DNA of 64,000 bases from Kondoa subrosea (taxonomy: Eukaryota): NCBI GenBank assembly GCA_039545335.1, contig BCIN01000003.1:2613060-2677059 (forward strand). The letters run 5' to 3'. The position numbers and the translations under genes are program-made. Shown one piece after another: positions 37,201 through 51,308 of the stretch. The notes beneath the pieces were generated by a model. It was given only the letters and a program-made list of their open reading frames with translations. It did no database searches and was not told where the DNA came from. Each line of letters starts with the position of its first letter. The stretch's first letter is position 1.

Positions 37201-38379
37201 ATGGGAGGCAGAGGCAGAGGTAGAGGCAGGTTCGCTATATTGAAGATGTGCAAGTTTATCAAAAAATTGAATTCAGCTGTATTTAATGCAACAGAGGAGC
37301 TGGAGGACCACTAGGACATGGATCTACATTACTCAATGGACTAACATTCGATGAGATCAAAGGACATGGTAAGCTCAACTCCGATTCTGTTTGCAGCTCG
37401 AAAAACTTATGTAATACTCAGCTAGAACTGGTGTAACTTATCCTGTAAGTCAATGCAGAATGTCTTAGACTCATGGGAAGCTTATTTAGGAATTCTTCAG
37501 CCTGCAGAAAAAGACTTGGAAACTGCAGAAGCAACTCGAACAGAACGAAAAATGGCAGAAGCGAATGCTGAACTCGTTTCCCTCATTCAAGCTAGCTATT
37601 ACCTTGCTCCTAATGACGAGGGAGAACTTATACAACGTAGGGCTTTCGAATGTCTGAGCTTTCCATTGGCTGATCATGATCAGGTCCGAGCTATTATCTC
37701 TCACCAGACGGTCTATCACGTCAGTTGCACAAAAGAGTAAACTTCTCTGCATCTGCTAAACAATTACATAATGAACAGGGAATCCAACACCTAAAATCGC
37801 TCATGGGATCGAGTACGGTGTTCAAAAAGATTTTATGCCCTTAGAATTGTGGAACTCTTTATTCGAACCTGATAAAGCAATCAGAGATGCTTTGAAGAAG
37901 AAAAGAAAAGCGAAAAGTCAGTTTGGGCTTTATCTGGTTGATCAATGAGATCTTAGGTTTCAGCGACTTGACAGATAAAGGCAAACGATCGGAAAGGAGT
38001 GAAGCGCTGCTAGGTAAAGCTGGCGAAGAGACTGGTGAAGGAAAAGTAGATCCTGCAGGCGATAAAGATGATGTGAGTGCTTTAGGTCGTGAAGCGTGTG
38101 AACGCTTACGTTCCTCCTTGCCGTTCATAGTCCGAAGCGGACGAGGAGGAGGGATCTCAGATAGCAGAAGAAGAATCAGATGAGGAAGAAGACGATGACT
38201 ATGATAACAACTATTGTGAGTTGAGCAGGCTTATTACCTTAAACGGAGGCTAATATTGTTCTGACAGTCGATAATGGGGAGGAGGAAGATGACGGTGGCG
38301 GTGGAGATGGTAAGCAAAGAAGATTGAAGGTCGAAATGTTACTGATCAGATGAAAACAGAAGGAGGAACTATGGATTAG
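37201..38379 (+). CDS. RPC31: RNA polymerase III subunit C31 (RPC7)
   Basis: MGGRGRGRG start, FMPLELW, acidic tail DDYDNNYFDNGEEEDD. Confidence 0.85.
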
Positions 38380-38756
38380 ACAGCTTCATGTGTATACCCT
38401 CAGCATGATCTCCATTCCATATTTGCATGAGATCTCGCACGTTATGTCTCTCACGAGTTATTATCTTATTTATCATCATATCTTGCCCTGTTCCTGCGTG
38501 ATTATCTCTCATGCCCCTCGTCCAAGGATTTGCCGGTCTAACTTCCATGACGCCCGATTCCACTGACACTTCGCGGAAGTCTCCTTCGCAACAGACTCCA
38601 TTGTCCCTCCTCGGTGCAATCCGGCGATTCACAGACCACAGTATTCAGAAAATGGCGGAAGATGGAGAGCGGGGTCGTCTATACTCGTAATGCAAAGGAC
38701 TGCACCGTCTCGTAAAATGCGATGTCAAGCTTTTAGTGGACGCAAGAAGCCAAACT

Positions 38757-41700
38757 TCAAGCCAAAGTGATATCACATATTCGTATTGAACGATCTTCGC
38801 TTGAACTAGCAAGCCGCAGCTTCCCTTGCAGCGGTCGTGGCGAGAAGGCAAGTCTCGTTATTGTTTGTGCATGAGATAATCTGCAATCACGTCAGCCTAA
38901 GCTATACAAAAGAAATCAGGGCTAACCTTTCAGGGAAAGTGTATATGGATTCGATGTCTGTGGAGGCGAGAGATGCAAGTTCGATAGCCGTAGACCAGCT
39001 GAACAGTCTTATCGAGCCTCCTTCCGTTCCTGCCGCCAGCACGACTCTGCAAATAATAAGCAATCGATAGATATCCACGATGCTGAGCCTTACCTGCTAC
39101 CAAAGGTGGTTGACGCCAGAGCGGTTACTGCATACGAAAGCGTGAGCGAAGCAGCGATCTTCCAAGAGTCCGCTTCATCAGACAGACGAGTCCAGATCTT
39201 GATCTGTATTGTGCTCAGCATCGAAGAACTCGCAGAACCAGGCGACGCACTGTCTTGTCCCGCGAAGCGGTCGCAAAGATACTTGAACTACCGCACCAGC
39301 AAGCATCCCATATTATCCGAGAATGCGCTTTCGGTGCAGCCGCTATTGGAGTATATCCCTCTGGAATCACATCAGCCGATGCAATAGGTATAGTCGATCT
39401 GCCTACCTTCGTCGCTCTTATACTTATGCAAGTGCCAACTTCTGTCCCTTCCGACTGACAGTATCAATTGATCATCAGGGGAGAAGATTATTCGAGTGAT
39501 AGAAAGAGTATGGCCAGATAATTGAGTAGGATGTAATCGCCAAGTAGTCGTATCGCGTAGATGAATAGTAGCATGCTCTGCTGTTGAGGCCTTACATGAA
39601 CTTGCTAGCCATTTGCCTGCATGCGATGTTGCTAAAGTTCGGATTTCATAGCCATGTCCGTAAAGCTTTTCGAATCTATGCGGATGGATCAGTTACGATG
39701 TTGAGCTATCGCAGAGAGAACTGACTCTGGCCAGAGCGTCGAGGACAAAAGCTCTTCCTCTAATGGCGGTCGAGCATCTTCACCTATTGCACTAGGTTTG
39801 AGTATCAATGAAGGCTGTTCTTCTCCTTGATCGTTACCTACAAACAACCAATTAATAAGCTATTATTTTCTTCACATGAAGAATATGCTCACCGCCCGTA
39901 ACGGCTCTGTTTGATAGACCTAAAGGAGGTACAACAGCAGCCACAGGTCTCTTCTCGTCCTCCGGAAGCTTGCAGCCCGTCAAGCTCTGCACGGACTCGA
40001 CGAAATTGCTAGATGCTTCAAATAAGCGAATAATAGTTTCTTCAGCTCCACTAGCGAATTTCAATCCGTGTTCCGAGTCGATCAAAGTGAGTGCATAGAT
40101 ATCATGACCATGAATTTGTGGTCGAGCAATCTCATGCCATGGTTCAGATACTGTATCGGATTTCTTCCAAGGTGCATGCAACCGCGAAGTTTGGTCCAAT
40201 CTGTCAGGACGATCAGCAAAATTTTATCTCACAAAGAGAAAAAGTCACTGATAACTGACGAAGTAGACATCAACCATTCTCCTTGAGCTTGCCATTCTAA
40301 ATCCCTGACTTCCTTAAAATGACCTCCTACACCTAAACCAGCTTTCCACCTTCCTTCTGCTTCCAACCATAAATGCATTGATCCACCCCAATCAGAACAA
40401 ATTACTCCTTTTCCATTCTTTAACCACAAAGAACCAAAGAAACCTAAACCAGGTGTTGCTCCTAATTCACCGAATCGAGTTTCGTTCAACCATAGAGAAG
40501 AAGATTGTGAGAAAGACCAAAGAATTAATGAACGATCTGCTGAAGCGCTAAGTAATTTTGGTAATTGTTTTGAAGAAGTAGAAGTAGAATCGGGAGGCGG
40601 AGGAGAGAAAGATAAAGAAGTAACCCAAGATTCATGACCTAGCAAAACGGATTCACTACTAACTTGCCACAAACCATTTGATGATGAAGAGAATGTTTGT
40701 GATTTGGTTGCGATTTCTTCTTCCTCGTCCTCGACTTGATCCAATATTTCTAATCCAGTCAAAGATTTCGCTTCAGTTGTAGGAGAGAAACGCCATAATC
40801 GTATATAACAGTCTTGAGAACCAGAAGCCAGTAATAGATCGTTTGAAGAAGGTAGAGGAGAGGAGAAGGAAAGAGTTCGGATCCAGTCTTTGTGACCAGA
40901 GAGCACAGCGCTTTTGTCGAGCTGAATGGACGAACACATATCAATATACAAATAATTGCAATCATGATTTGGCGCACCGCTTTGATTTGACAAGAGAAGG
41001 TGTACAGGTGAATGTTGGAATCGGTTAGAGCCAAAGCAAGCAGGATGCCTGTCGAGGGAAACACCAAAGGAATTATGAGCTGAGCCTCATAATCTTGATT
41101 TGCTCCGACCTGAATCATTTGGCAAAGAGACGACTTCAATAGCTGAACCAATCTTCAAGCCTAATTTGATCGTCTGCAGCAATGTAGGTTCGGCCGCTAT
41201 ACAAATTCAGCTGTTTGATCAAATTGAGTGATCCAGCTAACTCACCGCCAGAGAGTTGCAAACTCCAAAGTTTGAGAGTAGAATCAGAGGACATGGTAAA
41301 GATAATCAGTCCGACATCAGGATCAGAAGGATTTGATATGCTGCATAAACCAGAAACGGCTCCTTCGTGAGCTGACCAAATCGCAGTACAATTCCACTAT
41401 CGAGCAAACGATTCACTGAATCATTCATCCACTCAACCTGAAGAACGTACTTCTGTATCTTCTTCCTGCCACAGTCGAATATTTCCACTAGCATCACCGC
41501 TCACTATAACCTTTGCATTGTCTTTCGTATATTGAATAGCAGTAATCTCTTTCTTATGTCCAGGTAGAGCCAGATGTACTCCTTTCCCGTCCTTCTGTCA
41601 TTCGCACTCGTATTTGAGAAACTTCACTGCGAACCCAAAAAAGTGAATGGTCAAGACGAACAGGATACCAGAATGCTAGAAGAGGGCCAGAAGCGTAGAC

Positions 41701-41787
41701 TACCAGATCATCCACATGTCGAATATCAGACACGCTTGTCCCTCTGTTGACGGAACAGGCATTGTAAATATTCGACACAGTTGTCAT
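38757..41787 (-). CDS. ELP2: Elongator complex subunit 2 (WD40)
   Basis: YNACSVNR N-terminus, LSGHKDWIR, ASGSQD.YIRLW, WHEIARPQIHGHD, PPLGLSNRAV, TLWPEFEKLYGHGYE, KAHSRIIWD. Confidence 0.96.
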
Positions 41788-41800
41788 CGAACAAGCATTA

Positions 41801-42832
41801 ATGTCTGTCTTGGGAACCAGGTGTGCGAAGCAAGGTCAGTTTAGATCCCTAGGCAATATAAAACAAGCACTGATGTAACAGTACAGCGAGAGCCCTCATA
41901 CCGCGTATTACCAAGTGAGAACCAGATTCTCAATCTTTCATACACTCACTACGGACACAGATCGCACGCTTCTACATCAGCAGCAGTAGTAGAAGATTCA
42001 CCACTCAAGAAGGAGAAGAAAAAAGAACCTTGGAACGTCTTCCAGAAATCCTACAGAGCGAAACTGCAGAAATATGGAAACATACAACCTCTCACTCCAG
42101 ATCAAACGAATGATTTACCAATTGTAAGGAAGAAAGCTATTGCTCGTGGAACTGGCACATTATGGGATCGTTTGGAAGAGAAAGTCAAGTCTGAGGGATT
42201 GATTGATGAAGCTATGATAGCGGAATCTCAAATAGCCCGACCTACTCAGGTACGTCTTCTCCTCCTTCTCTTCTATCTCATGAACATGCTAATGATTGCC
42301 TGTGTTTAGCATAAATACTCTACTGCTCGATTCAAAATCTCACTTCGAAAACTTAATGACATCTCACGCTTAATTGCACATAAACCAATAGATGCTGCAA
42401 TCTTACAAATGGAAATGTCAGATAAAGCTGCTTCTGGAAGAATCAAATCTACTTTATGTTTAGCTCGAGATCATGCGATTGCTAAAGGATTGCGAAGGGA
42501 GAGATTAGTAGTCGGTCAGTTCTCAATCTTACTCTCATCATAATTACATCAGCTGAAGAGTATTGAAATTGACAGACGAATCTTGGGTCAATAAAGGCGG
42601 GAAATTGAAAAGAGTGGATCCAAAAGGTAGAGGTCGAATGGGTGTCAAAGAACATCGCACTTCGTCTCTGCACGTCATGTTAAGGGAAGGCAAAACTAAA
42701 GAAGAGATGCTGCGCGAGAAATATGATGCTTTGTTGAAAGCTAGATTACGGACAGGCGCAGGTGTTTTCAGAGGACAGCAAGTGATAAGGAATGGCGGAC
42801 TTGATCAAGGAAGGGCAGCATTGATGATCTAG
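41801..42832 (+). CDS. MRPL22: Mitochondrial ribosomal protein L22
   Basis: HKYSTARFKISLRKLNDISRLI..KPIDAAILQM..S.KAAS, ESWVNKG..LKRVDPKGRGRMG. The N-terminal exon (ATG 41801, intron 41835-41881) is less certain. Confidence 0.9.
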
Positions 42833-43112
42833 AAAGGCGACATCTTGTGTACATTTTTGCCTAGCTTGTAGTTTCTAAACAGTTATACTGCATTTTTTAC
42901 ATCATTCTAATTCGTAACGATTACTGCGCTTCTCTTCCTGTCCGAGTAAATCCTCTGGTGTACGTGCTGTGAAGCATTGCAGACGTTTCTGCGGCATCTC
43001 TGGTGAACAGGGCGCACTACAGGAGATTTTCTTCTTCTTCTTCAATATTGCATCTCCTTCTCCTTCTGCTATCCCTTTTTTACGCGCCAAGTCCCTCTTC
43101 CCCCGCTCTTGT

Positions 43113-44753
43113 TTACAAATTCCTCATCCTTTCCGTCACTCGATCTAACGATTCCTGTCTTGCTCTTTCCAAAGATTCTTGCCTAACAGCTCTCGCATGA
43201 TCACCTTTGGGAGTTCTAGTTCCACTACCTTGTCCATCATTATCCAAATCCAACAAAGCTTGTTCCGCATGAGGTTTGTTCCATTTCTTGCTTTGTTCAA
43301 CTAAAGTTTCGGTAGATACAACACAAACGTGATCTCGAGATTCCAAGTATTCGTGAATGTTTTGCCGAGGTAGTTGGGTTGCTGGATAAGGGTCTTTGAC
43401 TTCATATTCTGGCACTTGAACATTGATGGGTACTATTACCTATATTTGTTCAAAAGGGGTTAAGGCGGGAAGGAGGGAGAAACTGACATAAAGTACACTG
43501 AGGGTTATATAGAGTCAGAAGGCAAAGTCAGCAGAAAGACTGAAGGTATAGCTTACTGAAGACAGCTCCATAGGCGTAGAAAGTACCAAGACTTTCGGTG
43601 CAGTGTCAGGTGTCGAGAAGGTGATTGCCAATTCCAATACGTGGGAGATGACAATAGGGGTAATTGTTCCACCTTGAGTACTTGGTCGAAGTACATCATC
43701 CTTAGGTAACCGTTCCAAAGTAGTCAGAGTACTTCTTTGATTCGGTTCGATCTTCATAAATGCTTTCCCTACTTTATTCCAGTTTTCTTTCTGTAGCGAA
43801 GAAGATGGGTCGGTCGTACATCGAAGTGGAGGTGTAGTGGTGTCTATAGTACGAAAGACGTGCTTCATTGGCGGCGGAGAAGAAGTCCTACTTGGGTCGA
43901 GAATGGAACGAAAGGTAAGAGTTTGAGTACAGGTGAATTGAAGTTTGTGGATATGTATTTCGGTCGAAGGATCTTGGAAGACTAAGTGGCATCGTAGAAG
44001 CGATCCAGGTGCTGCTGCTGGGGAATAAAATTCCACTCGGTAAATCTGTTGTAAATATTGTTAGGCTGATTTACGAAGGAAGAATACTTCGCACTGACGC
44101 CTAGTGTATCATCGAATGCGCTGTGGTTCTATCGCAGGTATAAGCATTGTACACTGCACTCAGGAGCTGAATACATACGAAGTCCAGATCAGGAGCTAGT
44201 TGACCTTGAGGCAAAGGCGAAACGAAAAGATAGATTCCTTCTGATTCCTTCAATTCAAGTTTCTCGCCCTTGACAGTTGCATGCAATTTCATGCCTATTT
44301 TGCCATAAGGAGTTCTTTCCCACGGTGCGCTGCTTGCCTATTCCGACTCTTTGTCAGAATGATAGTTTCTTCTGGGAACATAATGACGCACAGGGATAGA
44401 GAATTGAAATGTCCAGCTATGAACACCAGGTTGGAGCACGCCTAGATCCTCTACACTCCATTGTCGATCTAGCAGGAGTTCATCCAAAGTGAGTCCAGGA
44501 GCATGTATGACCGCTTTATTCTTCAATGTGACCAAAACTTGATCCACTTGTTTCGGTTTACTCAAAGTAAGTGTGATGGATCCGCTAAGAACCAATTCAT
44601 TTTCTGGAAGTTCATTCATTGTGGAAGGAAAGACGAATTGACAGCCTATATATACGAGACCTTTAGCATGTAACAAGAAGATGCAAGAGTACAACAAGAC
44701 CAACCCATGGGAATCTTGATCTCTAATTTGGAAGAGGGTTTCTTGGAGAACAT
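43113..44753 (-). CDS. Arrestin-like (alpha-arrestin) protein
   Basis: LSGSITLTL.KP, LQPGVHSWTFQFSIP|ASSAPWERTPYGKI..KLHA, LRPST, ISHVLELAI, PY-like VPEY. Confidence 0.8.
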
Positions 44754-45063
44754 GTTTGCTCCTCGAACTGGGCTGGTGTGTCTTGGTGGATACAAACCAA
44801 GGGACATATACTAGATAGATGCACACGATCTTTATGTCGAAGCGATTCACTCGAGTCAAGCTGACTAAACGACCGATGCAATAATTATAGGTATTTTGCG
44901 TCAACGTATATACAGAGGACAGAGTTTGAGCAGAAAAGACAGAATAGACATAGAACAACAAAGCACACAGAGAGACAGAGAAGAGAAGCAGGGAAGTAGC
45001 CGTACGAGCACAACCTGAGCGAAATAATCTTCGAAGGTGTTTTGTCCAGATACCGCCAAAGTC

Positions 45064-46596
45064 ATGAGTTATAACGGGTTCGTTCTGCCTCTCGCACACA
45101 CGCTACAAGGTCACTGATATGCTGCTATAGTATTGGTCTGTCCACACCTCGTGGATCTGGCACAAATGGCTACGTTCAACGCAATGTGAGGATTTGTTTT
45201 CCCTACAAAGCCTGCTGTTTATAGCTTAATAAAACGCTCAACTAGTTGTCAAATCTACGACCTCGCGATGATCTGCGCAACGCCCCTCAAGATTTCAAGT
45301 CAGAATACAAGCACAGAGAACCAGATGCTGCGATTTTAGACCACGAAAGAAAACGCAAAGTAGAAGTCAAATGCTTGGAATTGCAGTTGACGTTGGAAGA
45401 GGACGATCGTTTGACTGAGGAACAGATTGAGGAGCAAGTTTCGGCGCTGAGGACTAAATTGCTCGCTATGCATCAACCAGTAGTCGCTGGCAAATTGTCA
45501 GTCGGGTTCACTATCAGAACGTTTCTGTTCTGTTGTAGCTGACGAATACTGACAGGATGGAAACTCACGAAATCGCCGCTGCCAAACAAAAGGAAAATCA
45601 GCGAATGCAATCAGCTTTTGGTATCAACCCTTTAACATACAAAGAAGGTTTCGCATTCGATAGAGAAGGACAGGCAGAGCTGAGGGAACAGGAGAAAGCA
45701 GCAAAGGAACAGCACAAATTGGAAATGGAATTGAGGAGGAAGCAAGGAGAACAAGAAAGAGCTAGGATTCAAGTCGAATTGGAGAAACAGGCTAAAGCTA
45801 CTGCGGAGAAATTGAGACAGCAAGAGGAGGAGAGAGCTATCGAAAAAGCTAAAGAGGACAAGGCTAGGGCTCAAGGTCAGCCTTTGGGAGTTTACAGTTT
45901 ATGCGACTGTTTCTGACCCTTCAGCGTCTGACAGAACGCGAGAAGATGCAAGCAGAGATTGATGCGCTCAAAGCTGCTTCCAAAGGCAAAGACAGCCGAC
46001 GCTCCGCAAGAGATCGATCCTATTCTCGAAGTCCTTCTCCACCAAGGCGAAGAGATGATAGAAATCGAGACGCTGGGCGACCTTCCAGAAGGTCTCCATC
46101 ACCAGACGACAGAAGATCCAGGCGCAAGAGTGATGTGAGTCGCGGAAGAAGTCTTTCCATCTCACCTGATGCTAGCAAAACCGGTCGACGCGACTCCTCT
46201 TACTCTCGATCTCCTGATCGCAGATACTCTCGTTCACCTCCTCGAAAATCTCGACGCAACATCTCCCGCTCACCTTCACCCAAAAGACGATATGATTCTC
46301 GCTCTCCACCAAGACGCCGCTACTCTCGCTCTCGTTCGCCTCCAAGAAGGAGAGATAGATTTTCTCCTCCGCCTAGAAAGGATCGGTCCATTTCACCTCG
46401 AAGAATTAGTCGTCGTTCACGTTCGCCAAGTCCAGCTAGAGGAAGACGATCACCAACGCCGGAGCCCATTAGACACAAGACTACTAAAGAGCTAGATGCT
46501 AGTCCTCGACATGTAGATACCAAGGGCAAAGGTAGAGCAATGAGCAGGAGCAGAAGTAGATCAAGATCAGGAAGTGCTATGTCCATGTCTGATTAG
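45064..46596 (+). CDS. CWC21: Pre-mRNA splicing factor Cwc21/SRRM2-like with RS tail
   Basis: [47 protein letters not shown], long RS/SP domain. Confidence 0.95.
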
Positions 46597-46647
46597 GCAG
46601 ATCTAATGTAATATATACATACACATGAGATATACAATGGCGATGTG

Positions 46648-49283
46648 TTACTTTCTCTTCATTCGTTGATTGCCAGAACTTGTACGCTTGATCGCAGAAT
46701 TACTTGCACTCCTTCCAATCTTCCTCATTCTTTTTCTACCTTCTCGATCTTCACCAACCAACTCTTCACCTTCATCTTTTTCAGCAACACCTTTTTGCAA
46801 CCCAACTCCGAATTCAGATTTCTTCTTGTTGTCCGTCGCCAATTTCGCTTTCCTGGCTGCTTTCTTCTCCTCTTTCGCTTCCGCGTCAGCCGAAGTAGAA
46901 GGAATGAAGCTATATTCCATCCCTCCACCTCCAAGACTTTTGATCGCATCTCTATTAGCTTGAGCAGCTTGACCGCGAGAAAGTGTTCGACCAGATCGTT
47001 TAGATAATTCACCAAATGTACTTGTTGCAGAAGGTCGATCAGTGGAATCGCCATGTCGCTCGATAGTGAGTTGTGGTGCGGAAGTGGGGATTTTCGGTTT
47101 GGAGGTGGTTGTGGAGACGTCTCGTTGACGTTTAGTAGGAGGGACATATGTGACCAGTTCTGTTTCTCAAGATTGAATCGTGAGACTCGAGGATGAATGA
47201 AAAGAACATACCATTCTCTGCACTACTATCTGAATCTTGAGCAGCGTCTTCTTCTTCCTGCTCTTCGCCATCGTCTCCTTGTAACCGCCGATTCTGCTCA
47301 AATGAAACTCAGCTGCTTTCAAGTCGATACACAGATTAAGCTTACACTCGCTCTTGCTGCCGCGGATGGGTTGAGCATAGCAAACTCTTTACTCGACTCA
47401 TCGATAGTGAAAGCTTTATCAGTGAACAAGCTTCCAAATCGATCATCAGCCAATAATGACGGTTTGTCTTTATCTCCTTGAGCGTTTGTTGGAACAGATT
47501 CTTGGGTTTCGGCTTCGGCTTCATCAACTTTGCGTTTCTTGTTTCTTTCCTTTTCTTCGCGTACTTTGATTCTCTCAGCCAATTGTTGATTGACCTTGAA
47601 CTTTTCCGCAAGAGTAGGTAATTTCCCATTAGAAGCAGGTAAACCTTTCTTTGATCGAATTCTGGATTCCCTTTCTTTTTCCAATCGTTGAGCAATAAGT
47701 TGTTGTCGATATTCAGAGTAAGCGAAAGGATTAGCAATAGCTTTTGCTTTGCTGTATAATTTCAAATCGACAAAGAATCCATGCATGTATGGTCGAAGAG
47801 TAGGAGTACCAATCAGATGATCTAGATTGAGTGAAGCGAGTTCTTGACGATCGATAAATTTATAGTCTTCGTATAGATTGGCAGACTTGTTGTTATCGTC
47901 TTCCATTTCTTCAGTCATATGATCTAAGAATCTACACCATCTAGGTGCTTGCCCAAGGGCTGGTATGTAGTAGCTCGTTATTGCTGATTGTTCGTTAGCG
48001 AGGAAAAGAAGACCGGAATCAGGATAAATATGCATATCGTTTATAGGCGAAGGAGGATTGATAGCGACAAAGTTCTTGCCTTGAGCTGAAGGTGACGAAT
48101 GCCAGATCTTGACAATCTTGCTATCGGCCGTAGCTACTAGCGGACCATCCGAATGATCTGATAAAGTTGTTGGCCATTGAATCTTCTTGATCGGAAGACC
48201 ATAACCTTGATCTTTGATAGTGTAAGGAGTAGGAGAACGTAGATCGTATAGAAGAGTGTGGCCAGTTGAAGTACCAACCGCCAAATTCAGACCATCTGAA
48301 CGCGATGATATTGCAGTCACGCCCAATTGAGCATTCGATAGCTTTTTGTTGTCTGGATCCAAAAGCGAAAGACCAGGTAATCGGCTCGCAGCAGAAGAAG
48401 TAGAAGAAGCGAGCTTGTTGTACGGTAGAGTTAACAACCCAACTCTTCTCCGTACTCGTTCATCCCAGAATTCGACTGTTCCTTTTCCAGAATTCACTTC
48501 TGTCCCAAAGGCAAGTAGATGATGAGCTGGATTGACGTCTATCGCATTCACACCGACAACCATTTCCTCCTCTTCGTCGAAAGGGGCGTCAGAACTTTCC
48601 TCGGGATTGCCATATAAAGCGAATGGAGCGAGAAAGCGCCCTTGTTCGAGATTGAGACGAAAAACATGACCTCCTAGACCTCCTATAAGAGCATCACAAG
48701 AAGGATAGTGATAGCCTAAGGCTCGACCGGCTTTCGGTATTCGAGTTCGATAAAAAGCTGAAGCTTGATTATGTAATTCAATAGATCGGTCTGCTTGTAG
48801 ATGTAATGTTTTCGTCCAATCATCAGAAAGAATCTGTCGATTACAAAAACCTACTAAGTTTTCGAAACACTTGAAAGGCAGCTCCGCAACAGACCTCGAA
48901 ATCTACATTCTCCGCATCTGTGGTTCTTGCAAATTTCATTCCCAATTCATCCAATTCGAAAACTTTCATCCTAGGTTTGTACGTTCCAGTAGAAAGTAAG
49001 AACTTGCCATCACGCGAGCTCTTGATCTTGTTTGAGGCTTCGGGGAAATCAAGATCCTGTGCGGATGCAGGAAATGTCAGTACGATCAACGTACGAACAT
49101 TCGCGGACATCGCACCTGAATCAATCGTATACCTTTCCCGGTCAGTGTTCCATCTTCATTTGATCTGCCTTTGCCTTTCTTGCTACCTTTCTTAGCGACC
49201 CAGTCTGGAGCCTGACCTGCACCTCCGTTGACTGTATAAACAACATGATTACCTGCTCCGCTTTGCTGCAGCGTCAAAGCCAT
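46648..49283 (-). CDS. ENP2: Ribosome biogenesis protein Enp2/NOL10 (WD40 + NUC153)
   Basis: IRLIQDLDFPEAS, TGTYKP, DDWTK.LHLQ.DR, DQGYGLPI, YYIPALGQAPRWC.FLD..TEE, DDRFGSLF.D..F.IDE.S.EF. Confidence 0.95.
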
Positions 49284-49671
49284 GCTGGGTACCCTTTCCT
49301 TACAGTACTACGAATACGGTAGGATTAGAGATGAAATCTATCTTTTGCTACAGACGGCTGAGGAGGTATAGAGGAGGGTTGTTATAATCTTATAAGATTT
49401 CTAGATGTAACACTGTCGTTCCCTTCAACTTGCTGCACCAGAAGACGAAGATCCAACCAATACAAGTTTTTTTGCTCAATGATGCAGAATGGGTTTATCT
49501 AGGCTAGAGAAGCGGTATACACCAAGCGAAGTACCTTCTATGCTCTTTGCAATGGGTATCTAGGCCAATGTGGATATACGGGTTCGCTGTCCTGCTCCAA
49601 ACAATTTAGGAATTATTACTTGTTCTTCTGGACTACGAACGAGCGTCAGCGTCGTTCTGAGTTCCTCGTCC

Positions 49672-49701
49672 CACAACACAACACAACACAACACAACACA
49701 A
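49672..49701. repeat. (CACAA)6 pentanucleotide repeat upstream of SND2
   Basis: cacaacacaacacaacacaacacaacacaa. Confidence 0.8.
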
Positions 49702-49729
49702 TAACGAGAACCTTCGGTGTTCGACACAA

Positions 49730-50510
49730 ATGGCACAAGGCAATGCGAAACGGATTTCACAACAAAACGCATTCAGTCTCACTTTGCTACGGAATGGCTT
49801 CTTACTCAGTCAATTAATACATCTCACGAGTTTCTGGTTGTTCCGCTCAAATCTCACAAAAGCAAGAGTCGTTCTCTATATCCTCAGCACTGGATTAGCT
49901 GGAGCATTAGGGTTATCGTTGAGCAGTATAGGCCAGGCCAAGTATGATAATATGGGGAAGCTGTTGAGTCCAGGAGAGGACCTTTCTGCACCTGGTTCGC
50001 CTTCACCTCTTCCCTTGAGCTCTTTCACTGAACCAATTTTGATCAGGATTGACTGCGTACATGTGGGTATCTTCCTCCCATTGGTTCTGATTAAGTAGTT
50101 GATCTCTTCATTCAGGTTCGATGTGATTTACATCACTTGTCCGTTCTTGTTGTCTATATCTTCTCCTTCTTGCTGATACCAATGCAGGGGCGATCCACAT
50201 TCTCTCCGCATTGATCTCCGTGAAGTTCTATTACCTCTACTTCCTCGTCCGTTTTCAATTCCTTCTTATCTTATTGACACGTATCGATTCTGTTGTGCAG
50301 GTCCCAGCATACGCTCTGTACAAAGCTTGGACTCTTTTCCTTCAACCAAGGTTCTTCCCATCGAGGCCGATATCAGAGCAAAAGAAGAAATCCAGTACTG
50401 CTGCTGAAAAAGAGGAAGGAGATGGGTTGAGTAGGAAACAAAGGAAATTGCAGGAGAGGTATAAAGCTGGTGACAAAAGGGTTGTAGGTGTACAGAGTGG
50501 TCGTAGATAG
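49730..50510 (+). CDS. SND2: SRP-independent targeting protein Snd2 / TMEM208 (DUF788)
   Basis: MAQGNAKR...N, GEDLSAPGLTAYMFDVIYITW, YLYFLVPAYALYK, SRKQRKLQER. Confidence 0.92.
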
Positions 50511-50664
50511 TTTGACAAATCTTGACACCTTTGCGATGATGGACAAGTTAGAAACGTCCAAAGTTGAATAGTAGCATTAGTGCTAGTGATCCAATAACGA
50601 TTCTTAGGATCGCTGATTGTTTCATCCGCCTTGAGCGAATCAGCGTTTGGAACTTGAAAGCGCA

Positions 50665-51308
50665 TCACAAATGTAACTTCGCAGCCGCTTTGACTCTTGC
50701 ATCAAAAGCAGCGCTTCTGATAGGTGCATTGAGTTCCTGAAACGGATTGAGCAAATGTTTGGTATAAGCTTCCCAAACGAGATGCAAGAAGAGTCGAATG
50801 GAGTCGTCTTGCTTCAGATCATGTAGTAAGATAATCCTTAGTCCTGTTCATACACATCTCAGACGACGAAGGGTAAGAAATATAAGGCAGGGACTAACCA
50901 CCTGGCGTTACCCAAGCGGAAACTGTCCATTCATGAAACTTGTCAATCGATTTCAAATACCTGCGTGATCATACGCCCAGATCAGGTCTCATTCTTACAC
51001 TCTCTGATTGTGTGAATAAGCACGTACATGTATCCATTGACCCATTGTACATCCTCGACTACATCCAGGGAAGCATGAGCGACCAATTGCATGACATGTC
51101 GGCCGTGCTTAGGTCCATAGCTGACTCCGTTATTGCTCTTTCCGCCTGCTCCAGTAGAAGGCGAGCCAAAGATGGAGAAAGATTGCTGCGAAGGTGAAGA
51201 CATATTGACTTGATTCACTGCACTTGACGGAGGAGCGCGTGAAGATTGGAAAGTCGTCTCGTATAACGGATTGTCTAGTGTGCCTACGAGAACTAGATAG
51301 AAGGACAT
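50665..51308 (-). CDS. TRS20: TRAPP subunit Trs20/sedlin (TRAPPC2)
   Basis: MSFYLVLVGTLDNPLYE, QLVAHASLDVVEDVQW, MYLKSIDKF, VWEAYTKHLLNPF, FDARVKAAAKLHL*. Confidence 0.95.

Noticed and set aside
38511..38690. 59-codon ORF between RPC31 and ELP2
   Set aside because: No recognisable motif; lies where both 3' UTRs are expected.
44754..45099. 5' part of the 253-aa ORF 44338..45099 (hydrophobic stretch)
   Set aside because: Chance read-through of the promoter region. The arrestin is better started at ATG 44753 with an intron, and the ORF start overlaps CWC21 exon 1.
45960..46590. Repetitive sequence with overlapping ORFs on both strands
   Set aside because: Explained by the RS/SP domain of Cwc21; not a DNA repeat array or CRISPR.
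49300..49670. Coding-like fragments between ENP2 and SND2
   Set aside because: Stops in all frames and no identifiable homology; treated as a divergent promoter region.
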